Both the position numbers and the translations under genes were made by a program. Under the pieces are notes generated by a model. That model ran no database searches. It saw only the letters and a list, made by a program, of their open reading frames with translations, and was not told where the DNA came from. From assembly GCA_041675265.1 (NCBI GenBank), contig JBAYUD010000005.1, positions 11,222 through 75,221 of the forward strand: a stretch of DNA of 64,000 nt, in the 5' to 3' direction. This DNA comes from Desulfurivibrionaceae bacterium (GTDB lineage: Bacteria; Desulfobacterota; Desulfobulbia; Desulfobulbales; Desulfurivibrionaceae). Of the stretch, positions 39,660 through 48,345 are shown piece by piece (the first letter of the stretch is position 1; each line of letters starts with the position of its first letter).

Positions 39660-39847
39660 GGTTTTTGTGCTCGTAACGTATTGTTTTTCATGGGATTAAA
39701 CGGTTCGTTTTATTTTTTTTGGTCTTGCCGGCTTGCGTCAAGGGATAATCCGGTTTAGGGTGCACCGCCGGATGTGCGGCGGGGCGTCAATGGCCATGCT
39801 GTCTCCTTTGTAACAGAAGAAAATATCGACCGCGAGAAAATCGTAGA

Positions 39848-41929
39848 ATGAAAGTTGTTATTGCCGAGAAGCCCTCCGTGGCCCGCGACATTGCCGAGGT
39901 TCTCGAGATCAAGGGCAAGAAGAAGGGGTATATCGAGGGGCGCGGCTGCGCGATCACCTGGGCCTTCGGCCATCTGGTGACCCTGCAGGAGCCGGGCGAC
40001 TACGATCCGGCCCTCAAGCACTGGTCCCTCGATACCCTGCCGTTTGTGCCGGAGAAGTTCAAGCTCGCCCTGATCAAGAACCGCGGGGTGGACGAGCAGT
40101 TCCGGGTCATCGAAACCCTGTGCCAGCAGGCCGAGGAGATTATCTGCGCCACGGATGCCGGGCGGGAAGGGGAGCTGATTTTTCGCTACATCCTGGCCCT
40201 GTGCAACTGCGAGGATAAGCCGATCCGCCGCCTCTGGCTCAATTCGCTCACCCCGGACGCCATTTCAGAAGCGTTCAAGGATCTCAAGGACGGCCACGAC
40301 TACGACGCGCTCTATGCCGCAGCCCGCTGCCGCAGCGAGTCCGACTGGATCGTCGGCCTCAACGCCACCCGCTATTACACGGTCCGCCATGGCCGGATCG
40401 GCGGCGCCAACGACCGGGTGCTCTGGAGCATCGGCAGGGTGCAGACCCCGGTGCTGGCCATGATCGTGGAGCGCGACGACGCCATCCTCCAGTTCCGGCC
40501 CCAGTTGTTCTGGGAACTCACCACCCGTTACCGGGAGGTGGTGTTCAAATACACGGGCAAGCGGTTTGAAAAGCCGGAAAAGGCCCAGGTGCTGCTGGAA
40601 AAGATCATGGGGCAGCTCTTTGCCGTCACCGGGGTCGCTGCCAAGGAGAAAAAAGAGCAGCCGCCCCAGCTCTTCGACCTCACCACCCTGCAGCGGGAAA
40701 TCAACAAGGCGCACGGGCTTTCCGCCGCCGATACCCTGGCCGCCACCCAGAATCTCTACGAAAAAAAATTCGTCACCTATCCGCGTACCGATTCGCGCTA
40801 CCTCAGCAAGGATCTGCAGCCGCGCATCCCCAAGATCCTCGAACAGCTCAGGCCCCTGCGGCCCGAAGAGATCGCGCTCCTCAACCTGGCCAAGCTGCCT
40901 TTTGGCAAGCGGATCATCGACGACACCAAGGTGAGCGATCACCACGCCATCATTCCCACCGGCGTTGCGCCGCGCGGCCTCAATGCCAACGAACAGCTGG
41001 TGTACGAGGCGATTGTCACCCAGTTCATCGCTGCCTTTTATCCCGCCTGCGTCAAGAATATCACCACGGTGGACGGGGTCAGCAACGGGGTAAAGTTCGA
41101 GGCCAAGGGGACGCAGATTGTCGAGCCGGGCTGGACCGCGCTTTTTGCCAACAAGAAGCAGAGCCAGGAGGCGGCCGAGGAGCAGACCCTGCCGCTTTTT
41201 GAGACAGGCGAAACCGGGGGGCACGAGCCGTCCCTGCGCGAAGGCAAAACCGTGCCGCCCAAGCACTTTACGGAAAATTCGCTGCTCGGGGCCATGGAGG
41301 CGGCGGGCAAACTGGTCGAGGACGATACCCTGCGCGAAGCGCTCAAGGAGCGCGGCATCGGCACTCCGGCCACCCGGGCGGCCATCATCGAAACCTTGCT
41401 CAGCCGCAACTATATCCAGCGCGAAAAGAAACAGCTGCGCTGCACCGACATGGGCCGCTGCCTGATCGCCCTTATCCGGGATCCGTTGCTGAAATCCCCG
41501 GAGATGACCGGGGAGTGGGAGGAAAAACTGAAACAGATCGAGCGCGGCCAACTTGACCCCGACGCGTTCATGAGCACCATCTCCGGCTACATCCGCACCC
41601 TGATTAAAAGCGGCACGGCGGAGAGGTTGGACACCGCCCGCTGGGGCAGCTGCCCCCTCTGCGGCAAGGAGGTGGTCAAGGGGAACAGAGCCTACGGCTG
41701 CTCGGGCTGGAAGGATGGCTGCGGATTTGTGCTCGAACCGGAGTGCAAGGGGGTGGCGCTTACCGCCAAACAGATCCAGGTGCTGCTCCAGCAGCGTATC
41801 CTGCCGCAGCCGGTGCGGATCGAGGATGAGCCGCGCATGCTGATCCTCTCCACCCAGGGCATGGTCATGGACCTTGGGCTGCCCGCTGCCGAGCGGCAGA
41901 AAAGGGTGGAAAAATCGGATCGCCCTTGA
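39848..41929 (+). CDS. topB: DNA topoisomerase III (type IA)
   Basis: IAEKPSVA, CATDAGREGE, SIGRVQTP, catalytic TYPRTDS, HHAIIPT, C-terminal CPLCG..GCSGWKDGC. Confidence 0.92.
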   Translation: MKVVIAEKPSVARDIAEVLEIKGKKKGYIEGRGCAITWAFGHLVTLQEPGDYDPALKHWSLDTLPFVPEKFKLALIKNRGVDEQFRVIETLCQQAEEIICATDAGREGELIFRYILALCNCEDKPIRRLWLNSLTPDAISEAFKDLKDGHDYDALYAAARCRSESDWIVGLNATRYYTVRHGRIGGANDRVLWSIGRVQTPVLAMIVERDDAILQFRPQLFWELTTRYREVVFKYTGKRFEKPEKAQVLLEKIMGQLFAVTGVAAKEKKEQPPQLFDLTTLQREINKAHGLSAADTLAATQNLYEKKFVTYPRTDSRYLSKDLQPRIPKILEQLRPLRPEEIALLNLAKLPFGKRIIDDTKVSDHHAIIPTGVAPRGLNANEQLVYEAIVTQFIAAFYPACVKNITTVDGVSNGVKFEAKGTQIVEPGWTALFANKKQSQEAAEEQTLPLFETGETGGHEPSLREGKTVPPKHFTENSLLGAMEAAGKLVEDDTLREALKERGIGTPATRAAIIETLLSRNYIQREKKQLRCTDMGRCLIALIRDPLLKSPEMTGEWEEKLKQIERGQLDPDAFMSTISGYIRTLIKSGTAERLDTARWGSCPLCGKEVVKGNRAYGCSGWKDGCGFVLEPECKGVALTAKQIQVLLQQRILPQPVRIEDEPRMLILSTQGMVMDLGLPAAERQKRVEKSDRP

Positions 41930-41991
41930 CCCGGAAACGCTGAGGTTGTATCCCGAATTGCCCCTGGTTTTTTCGCAAAGGATCTGAATAT

Positions 41992-42264
41992 ATGGCTGAA
42001 ATAATCCCGCAAGACATCAAGGAAGACCTGGAAAAGGCGGCCAGCCTGCACCAGCGCGCCTCTTCCGATTACGAAAAATGCGTGGAATTCAACAAGCTGA
42101 TGTCCGGCCTCCTGGGAAGGCTGGAAGACGCCCACTGCTATAAAACCGCCGACAAGGTGATGGGGATCCTCATCGACTGCAACCCCAAACAAGGATCCCA
42201 GTGCGAAAAAGCCTCCCGGATCGGGGATAAGATGAAGAAGTTTCAACGGGAAAAAGGGGACTAG
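41992..42264 (+). CDS. Hypothetical 90-aa protein
   Basis: Clean ORF after AAGGA, normal codon usage, four Cys. Confidence 0.6.
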   Translation: MAEIIPQDIKEDLEKAASLHQRASSDYEKCVEFNKLMSGLLGRLEDAHCYKTADKVMGILIDCNPKQGSQCEKASRIGDKMKKFQREKGD

Positions 42265-42363
42265 CAGGGTGTTGAAAAACTCGTTTTTCGATGCCCTGCG
42301 TGCGGTCCAGGGATGGATCGTGGTTGAAAAAAGCCAGGACGGCTTTTTTCAACATCCTGCTAG
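42261..42363. mobile_element. MITE/REP-like palindromic element bounded by CTAG
   Basis: CTAGCAGGGTGTTGAAAAA ... TTTTTCAACATCCTGCTAG, a 19-bp inverted repeat with 1 mismatch; internal 13-bp perfect hairpin GTTGAAAAAAGCC/GGCTTTTTTCAAC. Confidence 0.7.
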
Positions 42364-43235
42364 AGAGTCCCGCCCCCGCTCTTTTTCTTAAAAACCCGGA
42401 CCTCCACATCGACATCCAGCCGCAGCCGTTCCAGGGCCGCCACCTTACCCTTTGTCTCCCGATCGATGTTCCAGTAATAGGGCGTCATGGCCAGCAGGTC
42501 CATGATCGTCCGGGCGCCTTCAAGTTCGAGCGGGTAGGTGATCCGCGACACCGTGGCCGGGGAAAAAAGTTCCTTGGCCTTTCCGGTGATCGAGGGCGCT
42601 TCATGCTCCCTGGTGATGGGATAGATGATCTCCCGCAACCCGTTGAGGTGTTTCGGGCCGGGGCTTACGAAGACCAGGCTGCCGTTTTCCTTGAGGATCC
42701 GGGCGAATTCCAGGATGTTTGCCGGGGAAAAGACATTGAGCACGATGTCCAGGGAGGAATCCAAAAAGGGCAGATCGTTGATGCTGGCCACGAACCAGGC
42801 CATGCTCCGGTCCCGCTGGGTGGCCTGGCGCACCGCGAACTTGGACACATCGACGCCGTGGTACTCGATGGGGAGGCGCGGATCGCGGCCCTGGGACAGA
42901 CCCTCCTTGAGGCGCTGGAGATAAAAGCCTTCGCCGCAACCGGCATCCAGAACGCTGCAATCGGTGCTCCGCGCCAGTCCCGAAAGCACGGCGCGGATGG
43001 CCTCGTTGATCCCGTCCGAGATCGGGTTATAATATCCCAGGTCCAGGAACCGTCTCCGGCTCAGGACCATGTCCGGGTCGTCCCCCGGCTCCTTGGAATG
43101 TTTTTTGTGGGCAAGCACGAGGTTGACGTACCCCTGGCGGGCGGCGTCGAAGCTGTGCATCGCGGCGCATCGGTAGCCGTCCGCGGTTGCAAGCAACGGT
43201 TTCCGGCACACGGGGCATTGGAGAATGGATGTCAT
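42360..43235 (-). CDS. RlmA-like rRNA methyltransferase
   Basis: N-terminal CPVC..C..HSFD Zn finger, GYVNL, LDAGCGEGFY, LAMTPYYW. Confidence 0.85.
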   Translation of the reverse strand: MTSILQCPVCRKPLLATADGYRCAAMHSFDAARQGYVNLVLAHKKHSKEPGDDPDMVLSRRRFLDLGYYNPISDGINEAIRAVLSGLARSTDCSVLDAGCGEGFYLQRLKEGLSQGRDPRLPIEYHGVDVSKFAVRQATQRDRSMAWFVASINDLPFLDSSLDIVLNVFSPANILEFARILKENGSLVFVSPGPKHLNGLREIIYPITREHEAPSITGKAKELFSPATVSRITYPLELEGARTIMDLLAMTPYYWNIDRETKGKVAALERLRLDVDVEVRVFKKKSGGGTL

Positions 43236-43414
43236 GTGCGCATCCTTGGCATGGGGCCTGATCTCATGTGCGCTTGATGAGTCGGGTTTCAGATGTATTG
43301 GGTGGCGGGGGCAATGCCGCCTATCCGGTGTTCGATCTCCGCCAAGGGAAAAAGCGGGAAAACGGATCGTTCTTGGCTGGACCGCTTTTCAGGGCCAGGC
43401 CCCGCCTCGCGTAT

Positions 43415-43756
43415 TCAGGCGAGCTTTAACAGTGGCTTGATTTTGGCTTTGATTTCAGCCAGCTCGGCCACGGTGGCCGTTCCTTTGTGTTCGGCCTGGC
43501 GGGCTTGCCAGTCGAGGCTTTTGACCTGATCGGCCAAGGCGGCGCCGGTCGCACCGGCGCCGGAGAGCACGACCTCAAAAGGGTAGCCCTTGATCTGATT
43601 GGTCACCGGCACACAGACCGCCAGCCCGGCACGGCTGTTATATGCCTTCGGGCTGAGCACCACGGCCGGACGCCGGCCTGCCTGTTCGTGGCCGCTCTGC
43701 GGCGTGAAATTCAGCCAGACGATATCCCCTTCGTCGGGAATATATGGCGCAGCCAT
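43415..43756 (-). CDS. mazF: MazF/PemK endoribonuclease toxin
   Basis: YIPDEGDIVWLNFTPQSGHEQAGRRPAVVLSP, DQVKSLDW. Confidence 0.95.
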   Translation of the reverse strand: MAAPYIPDEGDIVWLNFTPQSGHEQAGRRPAVVLSPKAYNSRAGLAVCVPVTNQIKGYPFEVVLSGAGATGAALADQVKSLDWQARQAEHKGTATVAELAEIKAKIKPLLKLA

Positions 43757-43998
43757 CAGAGGATTTCCCGGCCTTGGGGTATGCCGAAATCTGCTTCCGA
43801 ATGGCGATTCTCCGGGGTGATTTCCGCCAGGAGATCTTCCAGGTCGTACTCGGGTGCTGCCGGCTCAATGATGACGCGCCCGTGGTCGGCACGGACCTGC
43901 ACCGGCTGATTCAACGAAAGATGCGCCGATTCCATGATCGCGGCCGGGATGCGCACCGCCGGGCTGTTGCCCCATTTTTTGACAAGTTGAACCGCCAT
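43756..43998 (-). CDS. mazE: MazE (AbrB-fold) antitoxin
   Basis: KKWGNSPAVRIP, YDLEDLLAEITPENRH; 1-bp overlap with mazF. Confidence 0.95.
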   Translation of the reverse strand: MAVQLVKKWGNSPAVRIPAAIMESAHLSLNQPVQVRADHGRVIIEPAAPEYDLEDLLAEITPENRHSEADFGIPQGREIL

Positions 43999-44019
43999 GA
44001 CTGTTACCCCATTCGCTAC

Positions 44020-44041
44020 TGTAGAAACGATTGTTGATACA
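44020..44041. promoter_or_regulatory. Candidate MazE operator
   Basis: Imperfect palindrome TGTAGAAAC-GATT-GTTGATACA just upstream of mazE. Confidence 0.45.
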
Positions 44042-44137
44042 AGGAAGTATAGCCAGTGTACCGGCTGGTTTCAACTTGTTTCTCTCCGGCATGCGGGGAA
44101 ACTCCTCGCCTGCGAAACAGCGATTTCCTGATGGCCA

Positions 44138-44482
44138 CTATTTTTTCCGCAGCCATTGGTTGTAGAAATCAGGATGAAAGCCGATCACAAACTCGTCGCC
44201 GGCCCGCAAGGCAGGGGCGCGAAGATTGCCGCTCGGGCCCATCACCTGCTTGAGGATTTCCTCCTTCCCGTCCTGTCTCGGGTGCAAGTGCGAAAACGTT
44301 TTTCCCTTGGCAACGGTGATTTTCGCCGCGTTCCGCAATACCTCCCACGCCGCCGCGCTGTCCATCCGCACCGTGCGGGCGTCAACCACCTCGCCAATTA
44401 CTACCTTTTCCTGCTCGAGAACCTCCCGGGCATTGTTGCAGGAGGTTCAGCCCTTACGGAGATAGGCCCAATCGATTTTCAT
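44138..44482 (-). CDS. ArsC/glutaredoxin-like protein with UxxC motif (probable selenoprotein, TGA at 44447-44449)
   Basis: ATG AAA ATC GAT TGG GCC TAT CTC CGT AAG GGC TGA ACC TCC TGC reads in frame into the 83-aa track ORF (GNLRAPAL..VIGF); GAGGA RBS upstream. Confidence 0.85.
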
Positions 44483-44687
44483 CGTATTCCTCGTTTTTTG
44501 CCATGGATTGATCTTGTTGCGGCGCTCTTCCTTCCTGAAGATCCACCAAAACAGCAGCGGATGGCAAGGCAAATCCGTGCGCAAGACAAGAAATATCCCC
44601 CCGGAGCATTGCAATTCCCGCCGGAGTCGGGTTTCATAGGGGGAATCATCCTCACCCTGAAAAAATAAACTTCCATAGCCATTATAT

Positions 44688-46268
44688 ATGTCGCCCATAT
44701 CGAAAAAGATCATCCGCCCCAGCCTTTGGCACACCGCGGTCACGCTCTGCCTTTTGCCCCTGCTCCTCCTCTCTGTTGCCGTAGAGGCAATGGCTGTTCC
44801 GGACACCAGCCGCTACGACGTGCTCTATATCTGGGACGCCGACCTGCGCAACCTCCAGGATTACAAGGAGGAGCTGGAGGCCCAGCTCGGCGCCGAGGTC
44901 GGCAAGGACTTGCACCTTATCCAGCGCGGCGACCAGTACGGGATCATCTATGACTGCAACACCACCGCCCTTGCCGCGGCAAAGCTGGCCATCCGTCACA
45001 GCGTCATCCTCGACAAGGTCGAGCTGGGCGATGCCAGGGCCATCAAGGATGAAGACTACCACGAACTCTACAATGTCTGTTACGGCCACGGTCCGAACCT
45101 CGCGGCCTTGACCGAACAGTACCAGGCAATCTACCGCAACCTCGGCGCCGAGGTCGGCAAGGATCTCTTTATCGAAAAGAGCGCGGACGGCAAATACACC
45201 CTGATCTACAGAAGACAGACGGATAAGCAATCGACCATGGGTGTGGCCCGTCTCCACGCCAAACTGCTGGCCAAGTCAGGCATCTCCGCCTCCATCACCC
45301 GTGAGGAAAACAACGAGGTGGTTTTCGGCGAGTCAAGCCTGCTTGACCACGAGGAAAGGGATCCGAAGGGCGCCCCTGCGCAAGCCGCGCCGGAATCCGC
45401 CTTGGGCAAAAAGCAAAAAACAGCAGCCGAGCCGGTTCCGCTGCTGAGCGGAGACAAGAAGAAAAGCGTTGGTAAAACCGTCGCCGCCGGCAGCACCCTG
45501 GAAAAAAAGGTGAAGGAGTATCTCGATGGGTTGCGGGGCAAGGGGCTGGTCGACAAGGATGAGAGAACCGGTTGGCTGGCCATCGATCTGACCAAGGGGG
45601 AAACCATTGTCGACATCAACGTCGACAGCCCCTACCAGGCAGCGAGCATGATCAAGCCGTTCATCGCCCTGGCCTATTTCCACCAGCGCCAAGAGGGAAA
45701 ACAGACTTACACCTCCACGGCCCGGAGCAAAATGGAGGCGATGATTCAACGCAGCGACAACGGCGCCACCAACTGGGTCTTAAAGCAGGTCGGCGGCCCC
45801 AAGGCGGCGCAGAAGATTTTGCGCAAGCATTACGGCCAGCTGCTCCGCGAAACCAGCATTGTCGAATACATCCCCGGCGGCGGGAAAACCTACCGGAACA
45901 AGGCCTCGGCCAAGGACTACGGCCGGTTCCTGGTGGCGCTCTGGCGCAAGGAACTCCCCCACGACGATGAGCTTCGCCGGTTGATGGCCCTGCCCGGACG
46001 CGACCGGATCTACTGCGGCACTTCGATCCCCCAGGGCACCCTGGTCTACAACAAGACCGGCACCACCGCGAAACTCTGCGGGGATATGGGCATCCTGGCC
46101 CCCAAGGCACAGAACGGCCGCCGCTATCCCTATGTGGTGGTGGGGATCATTGAAAAACAAAGAGCCGCCGGCAACTACGGGCACTGGGCAATGGCCAGGG
46201 GCAACGTGATTCGCCAGGTTTCTGACATGATTTATCAGGAGATGAAGGCGAATTATAATCTGCTGTGA
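44688..46268 (+). CDS. Exported class A beta-lactamase-like serine hydrolase with a long N-terminal extension
   Basis: Signal peptide; SxxK (ASMIK), SDN (RSDNG) and KTG (NKTGT) motifs in order. Confidence 0.85.
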   Translation: MSPISKKIIRPSLWHTAVTLCLLPLLLLSVAVEAMAVPDTSRYDVLYIWDADLRNLQDYKEELEAQLGAEVGKDLHLIQRGDQYGIIYDCNTTALAAAKLAIRHSVILDKVELGDARAIKDEDYHELYNVCYGHGPNLAALTEQYQAIYRNLGAEVGKDLFIEKSADGKYTLIYRRQTDKQSTMGVARLHAKLLAKSGISASITREENNEVVFGESSLLDHEERDPKGAPAQAAPESALGKKQKTAAEPVPLLSGDKKKSVGKTVAAGSTLEKKVKEYLDGLRGKGLVDKDERTGWLAIDLTKGETIVDINVDSPYQAASMIKPFIALAYFHQRQEGKQTYTSTARSKMEAMIQRSDNGATNWVLKQVGGPKAAQKILRKHYGQLLRETSIVEYIPGGGKTYRNKASAKDYGRFLVALWRKELPHDDELRRLMALPGRDRIYCGTSIPQGTLVYNKTGTTAKLCGDMGILAPKAQNGRRYPYVVVGIIEKQRAAGNYGHWAMARGNVIRQVSDMIYQEMKANYNLL

Positions 46269-46296
46269 CAGGTCCATTAGGCAAAAAAAGCTGACC

Positions 46297-46461
46297 CCCA
46301 ATATCGGCACGGCGAAAGGGGTAACCAACCAGCGCTTTTGAGTCGTTTGGCTCAGGGTTTTCCATCAAGCCGAACACTTTGTTCGCCACCTGCCTGAACT
46401 GCTTCGGCGGCAACTGTTCGAGAAAACCCAAGGCTTTCTTGGTCAGATCCAGCTTAAGCAT
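46297..46461 (-). pseudogene. Truncated RelE/ParE-like toxin (N-terminal 55 codons)
   Basis: MLKLDLTKKALGFLEQLPPKQFRQV..NPEPNDSKALVGYPFRRADIG, then loses RelE character (expected YRIIY strand absent). Confidence 0.7.
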
Positions 46462-46549
46462 GCTTCTCTTTCAGAAATGCCAGACTCTTTCCCGTTTCGG
46501 CATACCATTCCTGTTCCGCGGCAAGAGCCTTTTGGCCCCAATTGTATCT
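46454..46549 (-). pseudogene. C-terminal remnant of a cognate antitoxin
   Basis: WGQKALAAEQEWYAETGKSLAFLKEKHA* with its stop overlapping the toxin start (ATGCTTAA); no start codon before the upstream in-frame TAA. Confidence 0.5.
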
Positions 46550-46616
46550 GCTTGACAGGGAGGCTTTCCCAGATTAAAAGTTGCGCTCAGATCAATTTCC
46601 TGCTTACATATTTTAT

Positions 46617-46922
46617 ATGACTTTTGATCCGACCGAAAAGATAGACAACGAAAAAGCGCTTGCGCTGATCAGGGAAGCTGCCACCAAGAATAACCTGATT
46701 TATGGTGGGCACGTGAAACAGCGCATGCGCGAACGACGCTTCACGATTCAGGATATTCTTTTCATTCTTCAGCATGGCGAATTAAGCGGGAAAGAGTACA
46801 GGGAAGAATACGAGAATTGGGTCTATTCGATCAGGGGCGTTGATCTTGAAGGGGAAGAAGGGCGAGTTGTGACCGCCATCGTCTCCGAATATTCGGTACA
46901 GATCATCACCGTCACAAGCTGA
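46617..46922 (+). CDS. DUF4258-like protein (putative RNase toxin)
   Basis: HVKQRMRERRFTIQDIL..G..IITV pattern; directly upstream of an MqsA-like gene. Confidence 0.75.
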   Translation: MTFDPTEKIDNEKALALIREAATKNNLIYGGHVKQRMRERRFTIQDILFILQHGELSGKEYREEYENWVYSIRGVDLEGEEGRVVTAIVSEYSVQIITVTS

Positions 46923-46964
46923 TTGTGCACCGGGGAAAATGTTTGCCGGAGGAGGAAATTGAAC

Positions 46965-47492
46965 ATGAAAAAATGCGTTGAGTGTGGTGGAAAAATCACC
47001 TCGATCAAGAATAAGCCGTACACGTATGATGAATGTGGGCTAGACGTAATTATCCATGGATTAACTCAATTCAAATGCGAGAAGTGCGGCGAGGTGTATG
47101 TTTCTCTTCCCAATATTGAGAAACTCCATCGGGTGATCGGCGGCTTTATTTGTTCTCAAAGAAAATCTCTTCTTACCTCGGCGGAGATCAAATTTTTGCG
47201 CAAGGATTTACATCTCAAATCCAAGGAGCTTGCAGCCGCCCTGGGTATCAGGCCGGAAACCATTTCCCGGTGGGAAAATGATAAAGAGCCTATCGGAGAA
47301 ACCCAAGACCGGCTTTTGCGGTCAATCTACATGAATTATGCCTCTGAATCGGCAAACAGTGTCATTTGCCACGGTGTTGTCCAGATGTTTTCCGGGCTTC
47401 CCCGTGAACGCAGCAAGATCAAGTCTCCGAAGAAAATCGAATTAAACCCCACCGACTGGCTCGGGGCTGGAATGGAGTTGTGCGGAGCCTGA
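46965..47492 (+). CDS. MqsA-like antitoxin (YgiT-type Zn finger + XRE HTH)
   Basis: CVECGG..CEKCGE, LLTSAEIKFLRK..ELAAALG..TISRWEN; GGAGG RBS. Confidence 0.88.
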   Translation: MKKCVECGGKITSIKNKPYTYDECGLDVIIHGLTQFKCEKCGEVYVSLPNIEKLHRVIGGFICSQRKSLLTSAEIKFLRKDLHLKSKELAAALGIRPETISRWENDKEPIGETQDRLLRSIYMNYASESANSVICHGVVQMFSGLPRERSKIKSPKKIELNPTDWLGAGMELCGA

Positions 47493-47621
47493 GAGGAAAC
47501 ACCGCGCTGCTTGTGTTGCCGCGTTGGCGTCGGTGCTTGCGTTGCGGGTGCCTCGACGGATTCGGGCTGCACTATTGCAAGCCCTGGCCCCTGATATTGT
47601 AAAAAAGACATAAAGATGTTG

Positions 47622-47635
47622 ACAGACAAGTCTGT
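47622..47635. promoter_or_regulatory. Putative TetR operator 1
   Basis: ACAGAC-AA-GTCTGT palindrome overlapping TTGACA upstream of tetR. Confidence 0.65.
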
Positions 47636-47649
47636 CTAGATTATCCCTG

Positions 47650-48237
47650 TTGCGTATGACAAGCAAAGATTCCAGCACCGCCCGCGAGCGGATTATCGAA
47701 ACCGCCCTGAACCTTTTTTACAGGCAGGGCTATCTGGCCACCGGGATCAATCAGGTCATCGCCGAATCACAGGTGGCCAAGGCGACTTTTTACGCCCAGT
47801 TCCCCTCCAAGGAAGAGCTGTGTATCGTCTACCTGCAAGCCCGGCATCTCCGCTGGATGGAGTGGCTTCGGATGAGCGTCGAAAGTCATCCCGCAGGCCG
47901 CGCACGGCTTCTCGGGGTTTTTTCGTTTCTCCAGAAATGGATGGAGGAGAGCGACTATCGGGGCTGCGCCTTTTTGAACATTGCCACCGAGGTGCCGGTC
48001 TGCGATTCCAGGATTCGCGCCGAGGTCATCAAACACAAGAATGCCCTGCAACAGTATCTCAAGGCAATCATTGACGATATTGTCGCGGAGCAGGCCGGGA
48101 CCGACCTCGATCCCGACAAGCTGGCAGGCATGGTCTATGTTTTGGTTGAAGGGGCAATTGTTGCCAGCCAGAATTACCATGCCTCCTGGCCCATCGACGC
48201 CGGGCAAGAGGCAGTAGCGAAGCTCTTGAGCCGCTGA
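47650..48237 (+). CDS. TetR/AcrR-family regulator
   Basis: RERIIETALNLFYRQGYLATGINQVIAESQVAKATFYAQFPSKEEL HTH; RGCAFLN. Confidence 0.93.
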   Translation: MRMTSKDSSTARERIIETALNLFYRQGYLATGINQVIAESQVAKATFYAQFPSKEELCIVYLQARHLRWMEWLRMSVESHPAGRARLLGVFSFLQKWMEESDYRGCAFLNIATEVPVCDSRIRAEVIKHKNALQQYLKAIIDDIVAEQAGTDLDPDKLAGMVYVLVEGAIVASQNYHASWPIDAGQEAVAKLLSR

Positions 48238-48248
48238 TTTTTTTTACG

Positions 48249-48310
48249 CCCATACAGACAGACCTGTCTGTATGGGAAATTCTGATCGGCGCATGGACAG
48301 ACCTGCCCGT
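48249..48310. promoter_or_regulatory. Putative TetR operators 2 and 3
   Basis: ACAGAC-CT-GTCTGT (48258-48271, within a 12-bp perfect inverted repeat) and ACAGAC-CT-GCCCGT (48297-48310). Confidence 0.6.
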
Positions 48311-48345
48311 GCGCAAACAACAACCATTGAGCATGGAGGAAAGCG

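Noticed and set aside
44138-44389. 83-aa ORF as a standalone gene and 44447..44806 as a separate gene
   Set aside because: Better explained as one TGA-recoded CDS starting at 44482.
46147-46296. C-terminal half of the 104-aa RelE-like ORF
   Set aside because: Runs through intergenic DNA and antisense into the serine hydrolase gene; not RelE-like.
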